Assembly: GCF_008065095.1 (NCBI RefSeq)
Contig: NZ_CP042911.1
Location: 7,950,001-7,982,000 of the forward strand
Direction: 5' to 3'
DNA length: 32,000 nt
DNA from: Gemmata obscuriglobus
GTDB taxonomy: Bacteria; Planctomycetota; Planctomycetia; Gemmatales; Gemmataceae
Shown here: positions 26,198 through 32,000 of the stretch, in pieces
Layout of the letters: each line of letters opens with the position of its first letter
Numbering within the stretch: the stretch's first letter is position 1
Program-made: the position numbers and the translations under genes
Notes under the pieces: generated by a model
What the model was told of the DNA's origin: nothing
Databases searched by the model: none
What the model saw: the letters and a program-made list of their open reading frames with translations, nothing else

Positions 26198-26273
26198 GCC
26201 GAACGAACAGCCCACCAGCACCGCCACCGGATGAACGATGCGTCCCGAATCAGCCGGCGGTGTCAGGTTCGGC
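26198..26273 (-). repeat. attC-like imperfect palindrome, copy B (centre type II)
   Basis: GCCGAAC (26198-26204) - CCACCAGCACCGCC - ...GGATGAACGATGCGTCCCGAATCAGCC - GGCGGTGTCAGGT - GTTCGGC (26267-26273). The upstream ORF stops inside it at 26250. Confidence 0.85.
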
Positions 26274-26702
26274 GCGTTGCCACCTCGCGTCGGTGGGGTA
26301 CTGGCCCTTCTCCCACTCGCCACACTCTCCGCACACCCAACCGTGATCCACCCACCCGTTCGGGGTGTAACGGAACACGACTACCTCTTGGGCGTCCGGC
26401 CCGAGTACCCGCCGCCCGCCGGAGAACAGCAGGACGGCGGCTGACGCTGAGGCCGCCTGGCCGTGGTTGACGCTGATGCACACCACGCCGCACGCCTCCA
26501 GCCGCAGCGCCGGGCTGACTGGGCCGCGAACGTCCACGCACCCGCCGGAGTTGGCGTAGCCGGGGTGATCCTCAATGAACCACGAGGTCGGCGCGAACCG
26601 GATGCCGGTGTGGGCGGACAGCGACTCCACCAGTCCGCCGAGCATCCGCCGCCACTCGGCCTCGGGGCGGTAGCCAGGATTCTTGTTGAACACCGACTCC
26701 AC
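26250..26702 (-). CDS. Hypothetical protein (150 aa)
   Basis: The GTG 26702 start is preceded by GTTCGGCAAGAGAGGCGCTGGG. The sequence reads (M)ESVFNKNPGYRPEAEWRRMLGGLVESLSAHTGIRFAPTSWFIEDHPGYANSGG...GWVCGECGEWEKGQYP. The TTG start at 26771 in the ORF track lies inside repeat C and was not used. Confidence 0.6.
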   Translation of the reverse strand: MESVFNKNPGYRPEAEWRRMLGGLVESLSAHTGIRFAPTSWFIEDHPGYANSGGCVDVRGPVSPALRLEACGVVCISVNHGQAASASAAVLLFSGGRRVLGPDAQEVVVFRYTPNGWVDHGWVCGECGEWEKGQYPTDARWQRAEPDTAG

Positions 26703-26717
26703 CCCAGCGCCTCTCTT

Positions 26718-26807
26718 GCCGAACAAACAGCCCACCGGCACCGCCACGTCCCGAGCCGCGATGCGTCGCAATACTGCGGCGGTGTTAGGTGCCGCGACTG
26801 ATTCGGC
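26718..26807 (-). repeat. attC-like imperfect palindrome, copy C (centre type I)
   Basis: GCCGAAC (26718-26724) - AAACAGC - CCACCGGCACCGCC - ACGTCCCGAGCCGCGATGCGTCGCAATACTGC - GGCGGTGTTAGGTG - ...ATTCGGC (26801-26807). It fills the gap between the stop at 26811 and the start at 26702. Confidence 0.85.
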
Positions 26808-26810
26808 GTC

Positions 26811-27068
26811 CTACGCTGCCGAGGCGACGGCGAACCGAACTCCGGCCAGCAAGCCAACAGTTCCGAACACCAGAACCTCGTTGACGGCCAAGTACGCCCA
26901 CCGCCACTGCTTGAACGCCGGATAGTCCACGAACGCCCGAGTGCCGATCCGACCCTGCGGAACCAGGAGCGGGATCGCCAGCCCCCACCAACTTAGGCAC
27001 GCCGCCGGGGCGAGCATCAGGAGCATCGCGGCGACATGGAGGTCGATCTCACTCCACAACCGCTGCAC
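26811..27068 (-). CDS. Small membrane protein (85 aa, two hydrophobic segments)
   Basis: The GTG 27068 start is preceded by GTTCGGCGAGGGAGGGCTCCGGG. The hydrophobic segments are HVAAMLLMLAPAACLSWWGLAIPLLV and WAYLAVNEVLVFGTVGLLAGV. Confidence 0.6.
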   Translation of the reverse strand: MQRLWSEIDLHVAAMLLMLAPAACLSWWGLAIPLLVPQGRIGTRAFVDYPAFKQWRWAYLAVNEVLVFGTVGLLAGVRFAVASAA

Positions 27069-27084
27069 CCCGGAGCCCTCCCTC

Positions 27085-27175
27085 GCCGAACAAACAGTTC
27101 ACCTGCACCGCCACGCCCCGAGCCGCGGTGCGTCGCAATACCGCGGCGGTGTCAGGTGCCGCGCCGGAGGCGGCG
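27085..27175 (-). repeat. attC-like imperfect palindrome, copy D (centre type I)
   Basis: GCCGAAC (27085-27091) - AAACAGTT - CACCTGCACCGCC - ACGCCCCGAG - CCGCGGT GCGTCGCAAT ACCGCGG - CGGTGTCAGGTG (ending at 27158). The distal heptamer is degenerate (GGAGGCGGC). Confidence 0.85.
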
Positions 27176-27193
27176 TGCCTTTGGTGCCAGCCG

Positions 27194-27694
27194 CTACCGG
27201 ACCCGCTTGAAGTACTCGCGGATGCCGCCGATCTGGGTCGTCACCCAGTACGCGTCCGGGCCGTCGAACTGGATGATCGTGAACTCGCTCAGTTCCATCA
27301 CGCCGTCCAGCGGCGACGGCTTGTCCTTGATCTCGCGGATGACGACCGAGTGCTTGTCCTTGCCCAGCACGGCGTACCGGTCCGTCTCCGCTTGGCCGTT
27401 GAGGTCGGTCGTGAGGGCCGTCGCGGTGTACGTCACGCGCAGCTTGCCGAACAGGGTGCGGAGGGCGGCCTCCTGCTTGTCGTCCACCGGCTTCCGCTCC
27501 CGGATGCCGGCGACGGTCCGGTCGGCGTCGGACTGCCAGGTGCCGAGCAGCCGGTCGTCGGTCATGCGGGTGAGTCGAACGGGGGCCGCAACCGCCACCA
27601 CCAGAGCGGCGAGCAGACCGGCCGCCGCGACCATCGACGCGACGGCAACCCATTTCCACCGCCGCGACGACTGCTCGCCTTTACCCACCCGCAT
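27194..27694 (-). CDS. Hypothetical membrane-anchored protein (166 aa)
   Basis: ATG 27694 is preceded by GTTCGGCAAGGGAGGAGCG. An N-terminal anchor or signal is present (RRWKWVAVASMVAAAGLLAALVVAVAAP), followed by a soluble domain. The ORF-track extension to 28150 reads through repeats E and F and the tRNA-like gene. Confidence 0.65.
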   Translation of the reverse strand: MRVGKGEQSSRRWKWVAVASMVAAAGLLAALVVAVAAPVRLTRMTDDRLLGTWQSDADRTVAGIRERKPVDDKQEAALRTLFGKLRVTYTATALTTDLNGQAETDRYAVLGKDKHSVVIREIKDKPSPLDGVMELSEFTIIQFDGPDAYWVTTQIGGIREYFKRVR

Positions 27695-27706
27695 CGCTCC
27701 TCCCTT

Positions 27707-27794
27707 GCCGAACAATGAACTCACCTGCACCGCCATCACCGGATGAGCGGTGCGTCCCGAATCAGCCGGCGGTGTCAGGTGCAGCGTCTGGGGC
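27707..27794 (-). repeat. attC-like imperfect palindrome, copy E (centre type II)
   Basis: GCCGAAC (27707-27713) - AATGAACT - CACCTGCACCGCC - ATCACCGGATGAGCGGTGCGTCCCGAATCAGCC - GGCGGTGTCAGGTG - CAGC GTCTGGGGC (the distal heptamer is degenerate). Confidence 0.85.
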
Positions 27795-27809
27795 GGCCTC
27801 GGCCGCGCA

Positions 27810-27835
27810 GGGAATGCGCGATGCACGGCATTCCC
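27810..27835 (-). terminator. Stem-loop GGGAATGC / GCATTCCC immediately 3' of the tRNA-like gene
   Basis: An 8 bp stem (27810-27817 / 27828-27835) with a 10 nt loop lies 11 nt downstream of the tRNA-like 3' end. There is no U-run. Confidence 0.3.
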
Positions 27836-27845
27836 GGGACACGAA

Positions 27846-27957
27846 TGCGGCGGGCGGGATTCGAACCCGCGAAGGTCGTCACCCGAAGGTGAACCCCACC
27901 CCGGCCCGACGCGGTTACGCGACGGGACAGGTGCCGTCTCCACTGGGCTACCGCCGC
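27846..27957 (-). ncRNA. tRNA-shaped RNA gene (112 nt) with canonical acceptor, D and T arms but no anticodon loop
   Basis: The minus-strand sequence is GCGGCGG-TA-GCCCAGTGGAGACGGC-A-[61 nt]-GCGGGTTCGAATCCCGC-CCGCCGC-A. It has a 7 bp acceptor stem, U8, an A14/G18G19-type D loop and a perfect GTTCGAATC T loop. The anticodon position is occupied by a ~14 bp rod (CCTGTCCCGTCGCG-TAAC-CGCGTCGGGCCGG, two mismatches) capped by a tetraloop. A 10 bp variable arm capped by TTCG follows. I found no 5 bp stem with a 7 nt U33-containing loop anywhere in the central 61 nt. Confidence 0.5.
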
Positions 27958-27979
27958 ACGCGCGCCTGCGCCCTCGGGT

Positions 27980-28070
27980 GCCGAACGAACAGCCCACCTG
28001 CACCACCATCACCCGATGAGCGATGCCGTCCAAACTACATGGCGGTGTCAGGTGCAGCGCCGGGTTCGGC
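27980..28070 (-). repeat. attC-like imperfect palindrome, copy F
   Basis: GCCGAAC (27980-27986) - GAACAGCC - CACCTGCACCACC - ATCACCCGATGAGCGATGCCGTCCAAACTACAT - GGCGGTGTCAGGTG - CAGCGCCGG - GTTCGGC (28064-28070). It lies between the DUF4259 stop (28080) and the tRNA-like gene. Confidence 0.85.
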
Positions 28071-28079
28071 CTGAACACC

Positions 28080-28427
28080 TTACCCGGCCCTCTGCTGCAT
28101 CGCCTCCAGCGGCGCCGCGATGGAGGCCCGCCGCGGTGCCACGTCCTCATCCCGGTAGTAGCTGTCCAGCCCCTCGTCCGAGTCGCATACCCCGAGGAAC
28201 CGTGCCGACCACCGGGCCACGATTGCCGCGTCCACGTGCGCCCGGCACCGCTCGACCAGGAAAGCCAGTACCACCAGCCGAGCCGCCACCTCGTCGTCCA
28301 CGTCGTGGACGTTCAACTCCGGATCGGCCGCGAACCGGTCGAGCTCGGCGACGAGTTGCCGGGCAAGGCCGCAGGCGTACTCGCAGGCGTCGTCGCTTTG
28401 GAAGGTGTCGGTGCCCCACCGCCCCAT
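28080..28427 (-). CDS. DUF4259-like protein (115 aa)
   Basis: ATG 28427 is preceded by GTTCGGCGAGGGAGGGCGATGGGAC. The N-terminal MGRWGTDTFQSDDACEYACGL matches the DUF4259 opening (MG.WG.G.F.ND.A.D) as I remember it. Confidence 0.7.
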   Translation of the reverse strand: MGRWGTDTFQSDDACEYACGLARQLVAELDRFAADPELNVHDVDDEVAARLVVLAFLVERCRAHVDAAIVARWSARFLGVCDSDEGLDSYYRDEDVAPRRASIAAPLEAMQQRAG

Positions 28428-28481
28428 GTCCCATCGCCCTCCCTCGCCGAACCAGTGTTTGGTGTGCGAAGGAACGCCCAG

Positions 28482-28532
28482 CAGCCCCAAGCCTGGTATC
28501 AAGCCTAAAGACTTATACCGGGCTTGGGGCTG
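28482..28532. other. Long hairpin CAGCCCCAAGCCtGGTAT ... ATACCgGGCTTGGGGCTG between the oxidoreductase gene and the first array gene
   Basis: About 17 bp pair, with one mismatch, around a 15 nt A/T-rich loop. A second short stem AGCAAG-TGC-CTTGCT lies at 28540-28554. Neither is followed by a U-run. Confidence 0.45.
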
Positions 28533-28568
28533 GCCTGCAAGCAAGTGCCTTGCTGTCGCGCCCTCTGG

Positions 28569-30002
28569 TTACGCTTTCTTCACGTGCAACTGCTGCACTT
28601 CCTTCCACACGTCGCCGTAAGCCTCCTTGTCGAACGGCGGGCACCCGGTCTCGTACTGGCCCAGCGGGTGCTGCTTCGTGCGCATCAGGGCCGTACAGTA
28701 GCTGAACGTCCGGCACACCCGTTTGCGGTCCAGCTTACCGGTGTCGAGGAGCTGGCGCACCCAGTCGGGCTGCGAGAGCGTTGCGCGCCCCACCCCCACA
28801 ATGTTGATGCGCCCGTCGCGCACGTTCGCCGCCCCCGCCTGCGGCAGGAACTCTTGCAGGTAACTGTACCCCGTCCCCACAAGGGCCAGATCCGGGTACG
28901 CCGCTTGAACCGTGGCGGCGGCGCGGAAGTGGCGGTCCACGCCGATCAGCGGGTGCTCGGGCGACTCGTACCCGTCCGGCGGCGGGTACTCGAAGGGGCG
29001 CCCGTAGTGCGGCTGCGCGTAGGGGTTGCCCATCGTCGCGTTGACGAGCGTCACACCCAGGGCGCGCATCTCACCGATCCACCGGAGCGGTTCCGTGAGG
29101 TCCACCGCGAACGGCTCCGTCTCCGACATGCCCCACCCGTTGACGAGCGGCAGCGCGTGCGCGTCCGGCGCGCCGGCATCGTCTTCCCCCTTGTGGAAGG
29201 GGATGCCGTCGAACAGGTTCATTCGCGTGGCGACGACGACGTGGGCCGGCACCGCGGCGCGAACCGCCTGAATCACCTCGCGGGCGAACCGGGTGCGGTT
29301 CTCGTAGCTGCCGCCGTACGGCCCCGGGCGGTTGCGCGCCCCGAGGAGTTCGTTGAGCAAGTACCGGTGGCACTGCTTCACGTCGACGAAGTCGAACCCG
29401 ACCTCTACCGCGAGCTTCGCGGTCGCAACGTAATCGTCCACGAGCCGCTTGAGTTCGTCGTCGGTGATGAGCGGGTAGTCCGCCGTCACCTTCTCACCGG
29501 TCGCCTTGTTCGCGACGGTGCGCGGGTCGAGAACGGGGTCGTGGGTGGCGATGATCGGGTGCGGGTGGCTGTACCGGCCCGAGTGCGTCAGTTGCAGCCC
29601 GAACAGCAGGTCCGAATCGGTCCCGTTGGCGCCGCGGTGCGCCGCGCGGCACTCCTCGACGATCCGCGCGAAGTGGGGCTTCGTGTTCGGGTTCAGCACG
29701 ATCTGGCGCGGGTTGGCCCGCGCCCCCGGCGTGACCGCGCACGCTTCGCCCCAGATCAGTTTTGCGCCGCCCGCCCCGAACCGGGCGTAGCGCCGGAAGG
29801 TGAGCGGGCCGGGGGCGCCGTCGGGTTCCCCGTCGCACCCCTCCATCGGGTGAACGCACCACCGGTTGCCGGCCGTGCGCGGGCCGACGGCGATCGGACG
29901 GAACAGGGGGGCCAGGTCGTCGGAGAAGCGCAGGTCGGTGCCGAGGCGGGCGTTTTCCGCTTCCAGGTCCGCGACCGACTTATACTTGAAGAACTTCGCC
30001 AT
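28569..30002 (-). CDS. NADH:flavin oxidoreductase, Old Yellow Enzyme family (TIM barrel)
   Basis: 477 aa. VHPMEG, LQLTHSGRY, GFDFVDVKQCHRYLLNELLGARNRPGPYGGSYENRTRFAREVIQAVR and VGVGRATLSQPDW are OYE/NADH-oxidase-type blocks. Confidence 0.85.
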   Translation of the reverse strand: MAKFFKYKSVADLEAENARLGTDLRFSDDLAPLFRPIAVGPRTAGNRWCVHPMEGCDGEPDGAPGPLTFRRYARFGAGGAKLIWGEACAVTPGARANPRQIVLNPNTKPHFARIVEECRAAHRGANGTDSDLLFGLQLTHSGRYSHPHPIIATHDPVLDPRTVANKATGEKVTADYPLITDDELKRLVDDYVATAKLAVEVGFDFVDVKQCHRYLLNELLGARNRPGPYGGSYENRTRFAREVIQAVRAAVPAHVVVATRMNLFDGIPFHKGEDDAGAPDAHALPLVNGWGMSETEPFAVDLTEPLRWIGEMRALGVTLVNATMGNPYAQPHYGRPFEYPPPDGYESPEHPLIGVDRHFRAAATVQAAYPDLALVGTGYSYLQEFLPQAGAANVRDGRINIVGVGRATLSQPDWVRQLLDTGKLDRKRVCRTFSYCTALMRTKQHPLGQYETGCPPFDKEAYGDVWKEVQQLHVKKA

Positions 30003-30150
30003 CGGAGCCTTGGGGGTGAGGTGTGGTCGTTTCCTGTTACAGTACCAAACCCGCGCCCCGGCGCGAGCGGAACGGTTCGCGGTCGCGTCGCACTCGCCAC
30101 GATGTTAGAATAGGGCTCACCATTTCGCTCGTGTTCGGAGGGACCGCGTT

Positions 30151-32000
30151 GTGATCGCAACCGCCGCCCGTCTCACCGTTCTTTTCGCGGGGCTGCTCGC
30201 GGTGCCGGGGCCGACCGCGCACGGGGCCACGCCGCGCGAGATCGACCGCGCGATCCAGGCCGGCACCGCCGCCCTCAAAGCCCGATACGACAAGGGCGGG
30301 CCGGCGATCGGCGCCCAGGACACCACCCTCGGCGCGGCGTGCCTCGCGGGGCTGGCGCTGCTCGAAGCCGGCACCCCGGTCAACGATCCCGCCGTGAAAT
30401 CCATCGCGAACACGGTCCGGACCCACGCGTACACGCAGAACCGCACCTACTACGTCGCGCTGTCCCTCATGTTCCTGGACCGGTTCGGGGACTCGAACGA
30501 CGTGCCCCTCATTCAGATGCTCGCGGTCCGGCTGCTCGTCGGACAAACGGCCGGTGGCGGGTGGACCTACGAGTGCTGCCCCTCGATTCCGCAGACCGAC
30601 GTGGACTGGCTGAAGGCCAATTTGAAGGCGAACCAACTGGTCGCCGGCGCCGCCGGGAAGCCGCCCAAGTTGCACACCGACGCGGAGCGGTACGGGCAAG
30701 CGTTAACGGCGGCCAAGGCCCAGACCAACGGCGCGGGGATGACGGACGACAACTCGAACACGCAGTTCGCGGTGATCGCGATGTGGATGGCGCGTAAGCA
30801 CGGGGTGCCCGTGGACACCGCGCTCGATTTGATCGAAAAGCGGTTCATCGCCTCACAAGACGGGCGCACCGGCAACTGGGCGTACAGCGGCGGCGTCGCG
30901 GCGGCCGGGATGGGGGTGGGCAGCCCGTCGATGTACTGCGCCGGGCTGCTGGGGATGGCCACCGGGGTGGCCCGGCGCGAGGAGCGGCGGCTCAAGGCGG
31001 AGGTGCCACCGCCCAAAAAGGAGCCGGCCAAGTCCGACAAGCTCGACGACCCGTTCTACAACCCGCCGGCGCCGAAAGAACCGGCGCCGAAAAAGGCCCC
31101 CGCCCGACCGGCCGACGAGCGCGACGCGGTGGTGCAGCGCGCTTTCGCCGGGCTGGGGCTGACCATCGCCGACCAGATCCGCACCGGCAAGGGGTTGCTG
31201 TTCGCCAGCGAGGGCGGCGGGCACGGCATCGGTGACCTGTACTTCCTGTGGTCCCTCGAACGCGTGGGGGTCGTGTACGGCCAGGAGAAAATCGGCGGGT
31301 TCGACTGGTACGACATCGGGTCCACCGCGTTGGTGCGGTCGCAGAACCGCGACGGCACCTGGACCATCGGCGGTTCCTACGGTGCCGAAGTGAACACGCC
31401 GTTCGCGGTGCTGTTCCTGTGCCGGTCGAATTTGGCCCGTGACCTGTCGTCCAAGGTCCAAAAAGACCCGACCAGCACGGAAATGCGGGCCGGGGTGCAG
31501 AAGCCGGTCGATGTGGTGCCGACCCGAACGAGCACGGCCGTGCCCGCGCAGACGATCGACCTGCCGAACCCGACTGGCGACGAGGCGATCACGCTGGCGT
31601 CGAAAATACTCAAGGCGTCGGGGAGCGATTGGGCGAAGCTGCTCGCCGAAACGCGCGACGCAAAGGGGACCACCCAAACCCGGGCTCTGGTGCTCGCCGC
31701 GACACACTCCGCGGGCGACCGAAAGGCGGCGGCACGCGAGGCACTGACCGAACGGCTGTGCCGCATGAACGCCGCGACGCTCCGCGCGATGCTCAAAACC
31801 GACGAACCCGAGCTACGCCGGTCCGCCGCGCTCGCCTGCGCGATGAAGGATGACAAGGACCACATTCCGGACCTGATCGCGGCGATCACGGACGCCGACG
31901 ACGCAGTAACGCGAGCCGCGAAGGCCGGGTTAAAGAGCTTGACCGGTAAAGATTTCGGCCCGCCCGCAGTGCCGACCGCCGAGCAGAAGACCGCCGCCGC
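30151..32000 (+). CDS. Secreted prenyltransferase/squalene-cyclase-repeat-like protein with C-terminal HEAT-like repeats (runs off the right edge)
   Basis: My own translation of frame 1 from GTG 30151 stays open to 32000. GGAGGG lies 7 nt upstream and the in-frame stop is at 30106. It is not in the ORF track because there is no stop in the window. Signal-like N-terminus: VIATAARLTVLFAGLLAVPGPTAHG. Also present: GGWTYEC, DDNSNTQFAVIAMWMARKHGVP, DLYFLWSLERVG, NRDGTWT. The tail reads EPELRRSAALACAMKDDKDHIPDLIAAITDADDAVTRAAKAGLKSLTG. Confidence 0.8.
   Translation, partial: MIATAARLTVLFAGLLAVPGPTAHGATPREIDRAIQAGTAALKARYDKGGPAIGAQDTTLGAACLAGLALLEAGTPVNDPAVKSIANTVRTHAYTQNRTYYVALSLMFLDRFGDSNDVPLIQMLAVRLLVGQTAGGGWTYECCPSIPQTDVDWLKANLKANQLVAGAAGKPPKLHTDAERYGQALTAAKAQTNGAGMTDDNSNTQFAVIAMWMARKHGVPVDTALDLIEKRFIASQDGRTGNWAYSGGVAAAGMGVGSPSMYCAGLLGMATGVARREERRLKAEVPPPKKEPAKSDKLDDPFYNPPAPKEPAPKKAPARPADERDAVVQRAFAGLGLTIADQIRTGKGLLFASEGGGHGIGDLYFLWSLERVGVVYGQEKIGGFDWYDIGSTALVRSQNRDGTWTIGGSYGAEVNTPFAVLFLCRSNLARDLSSKVQKDPTSTEMRAGVQKPVDVVPTRTSTAVPAQTIDLPNPTGDEAITLASKILKASGSDWAKLLAETRDAKGTTQTRALVLAATHSAGDRKAAAREALTERLCRMNAATLRAMLKTDEPELRRSAALACAMKDDKDHIPDLIAAITDADDAVTRAAKAGLKSLTGKDFGPPAVPTAEQKTAA

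Noticed and set aside
27846-27957. Calling this a standard tRNA (Leu/Ser/Tyr/Sec type with a long variable arm)
   Set aside because: At 112 nt it is too long. I could not place any 5 bp stem with a 7 nt loop containing U33 and a purine at position 37 between the D and T arms. The TCA in GGGGTTCACC lies in a helix, not a loop. It is kept only as a tRNA-like ncRNA.
22880-28070. Regularly recurring repeats as a possible CRISPR array
   Set aside because: Repeats are 76-94 nt, imperfect and internally palindromic. They are separated by 270-1240 bp units that contain genes with ribosome-binding sites. There are no short uniform spacers and no cas genes in the window.
30133-30143. GTTCGGA-GGGA upstream of the plus-strand gene at 30151 as a further array core
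   Set aside because: It is on the opposite strand from the array, with no associated palindrome. It is probably just a GGAGGG ribosome-binding site preceded by TTC by chance. This also warns that part of the conserved leader could be generic RBS context.

Overview
High-GC bacterial chromosome segment. Coding lines I counted are about 70% G+C. It has Planctomycetota/Gemmataceae-type hallmarks: a DUF1559 prepilin-like H-x9-DG protein, and WD40 and prenyltransferase-like proteins with HEAT-like tails. Left to right: (1) One end of an IS4/IS701-like insertion sequence that appears to truncate a WD40 gene, a decayed IS4-family copy with recognisable inverted repeats, and an orphan receiver protein. 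(2) A same-strand five-gene cluster of sigma-70-like protein, XRE-like HTH, ImmA/IrrE Zn-peptidase, NurA-like nuclease and HerA ATPase (4219-9231), followed by about 1.2 kb of low-GC, ORF-poor DNA and a compositionally atypical hypothetical gene. (3) A SIMPL-like gene and a small hypothetical gene. (4) A roughly 10 kb minus-strand chemosensory operon: cheA-cheW-mcp-cheR-cheB-cheY-cheC plus a PAS-GAF hybrid histidine kinase. Its MCP is sensorless and extremely long. (5) From 28452 down to 22691, a run of small unrelated minus-strand genes, each separated by one copy of a 76-94 nt imperfect palindrome flanked by the inverted heptamers GCCGAAC / GTTCGGC. I interpret this as an integron-like cassette array with no integrase in the window. 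One unit carries only a tRNA-shaped RNA, and one core site is followed by an IS110-family fragment. (6) An Old-Yellow-Enzyme-type flavin oxidoreductase and a secreted prenyltransferase-like/HEAT protein that runs off the right edge. A separate ~115 nt AT-rich palindromic element occurs twice (12086-12204 and 20038-20147). All family assignments come from reading motifs by eye. No database search was run.
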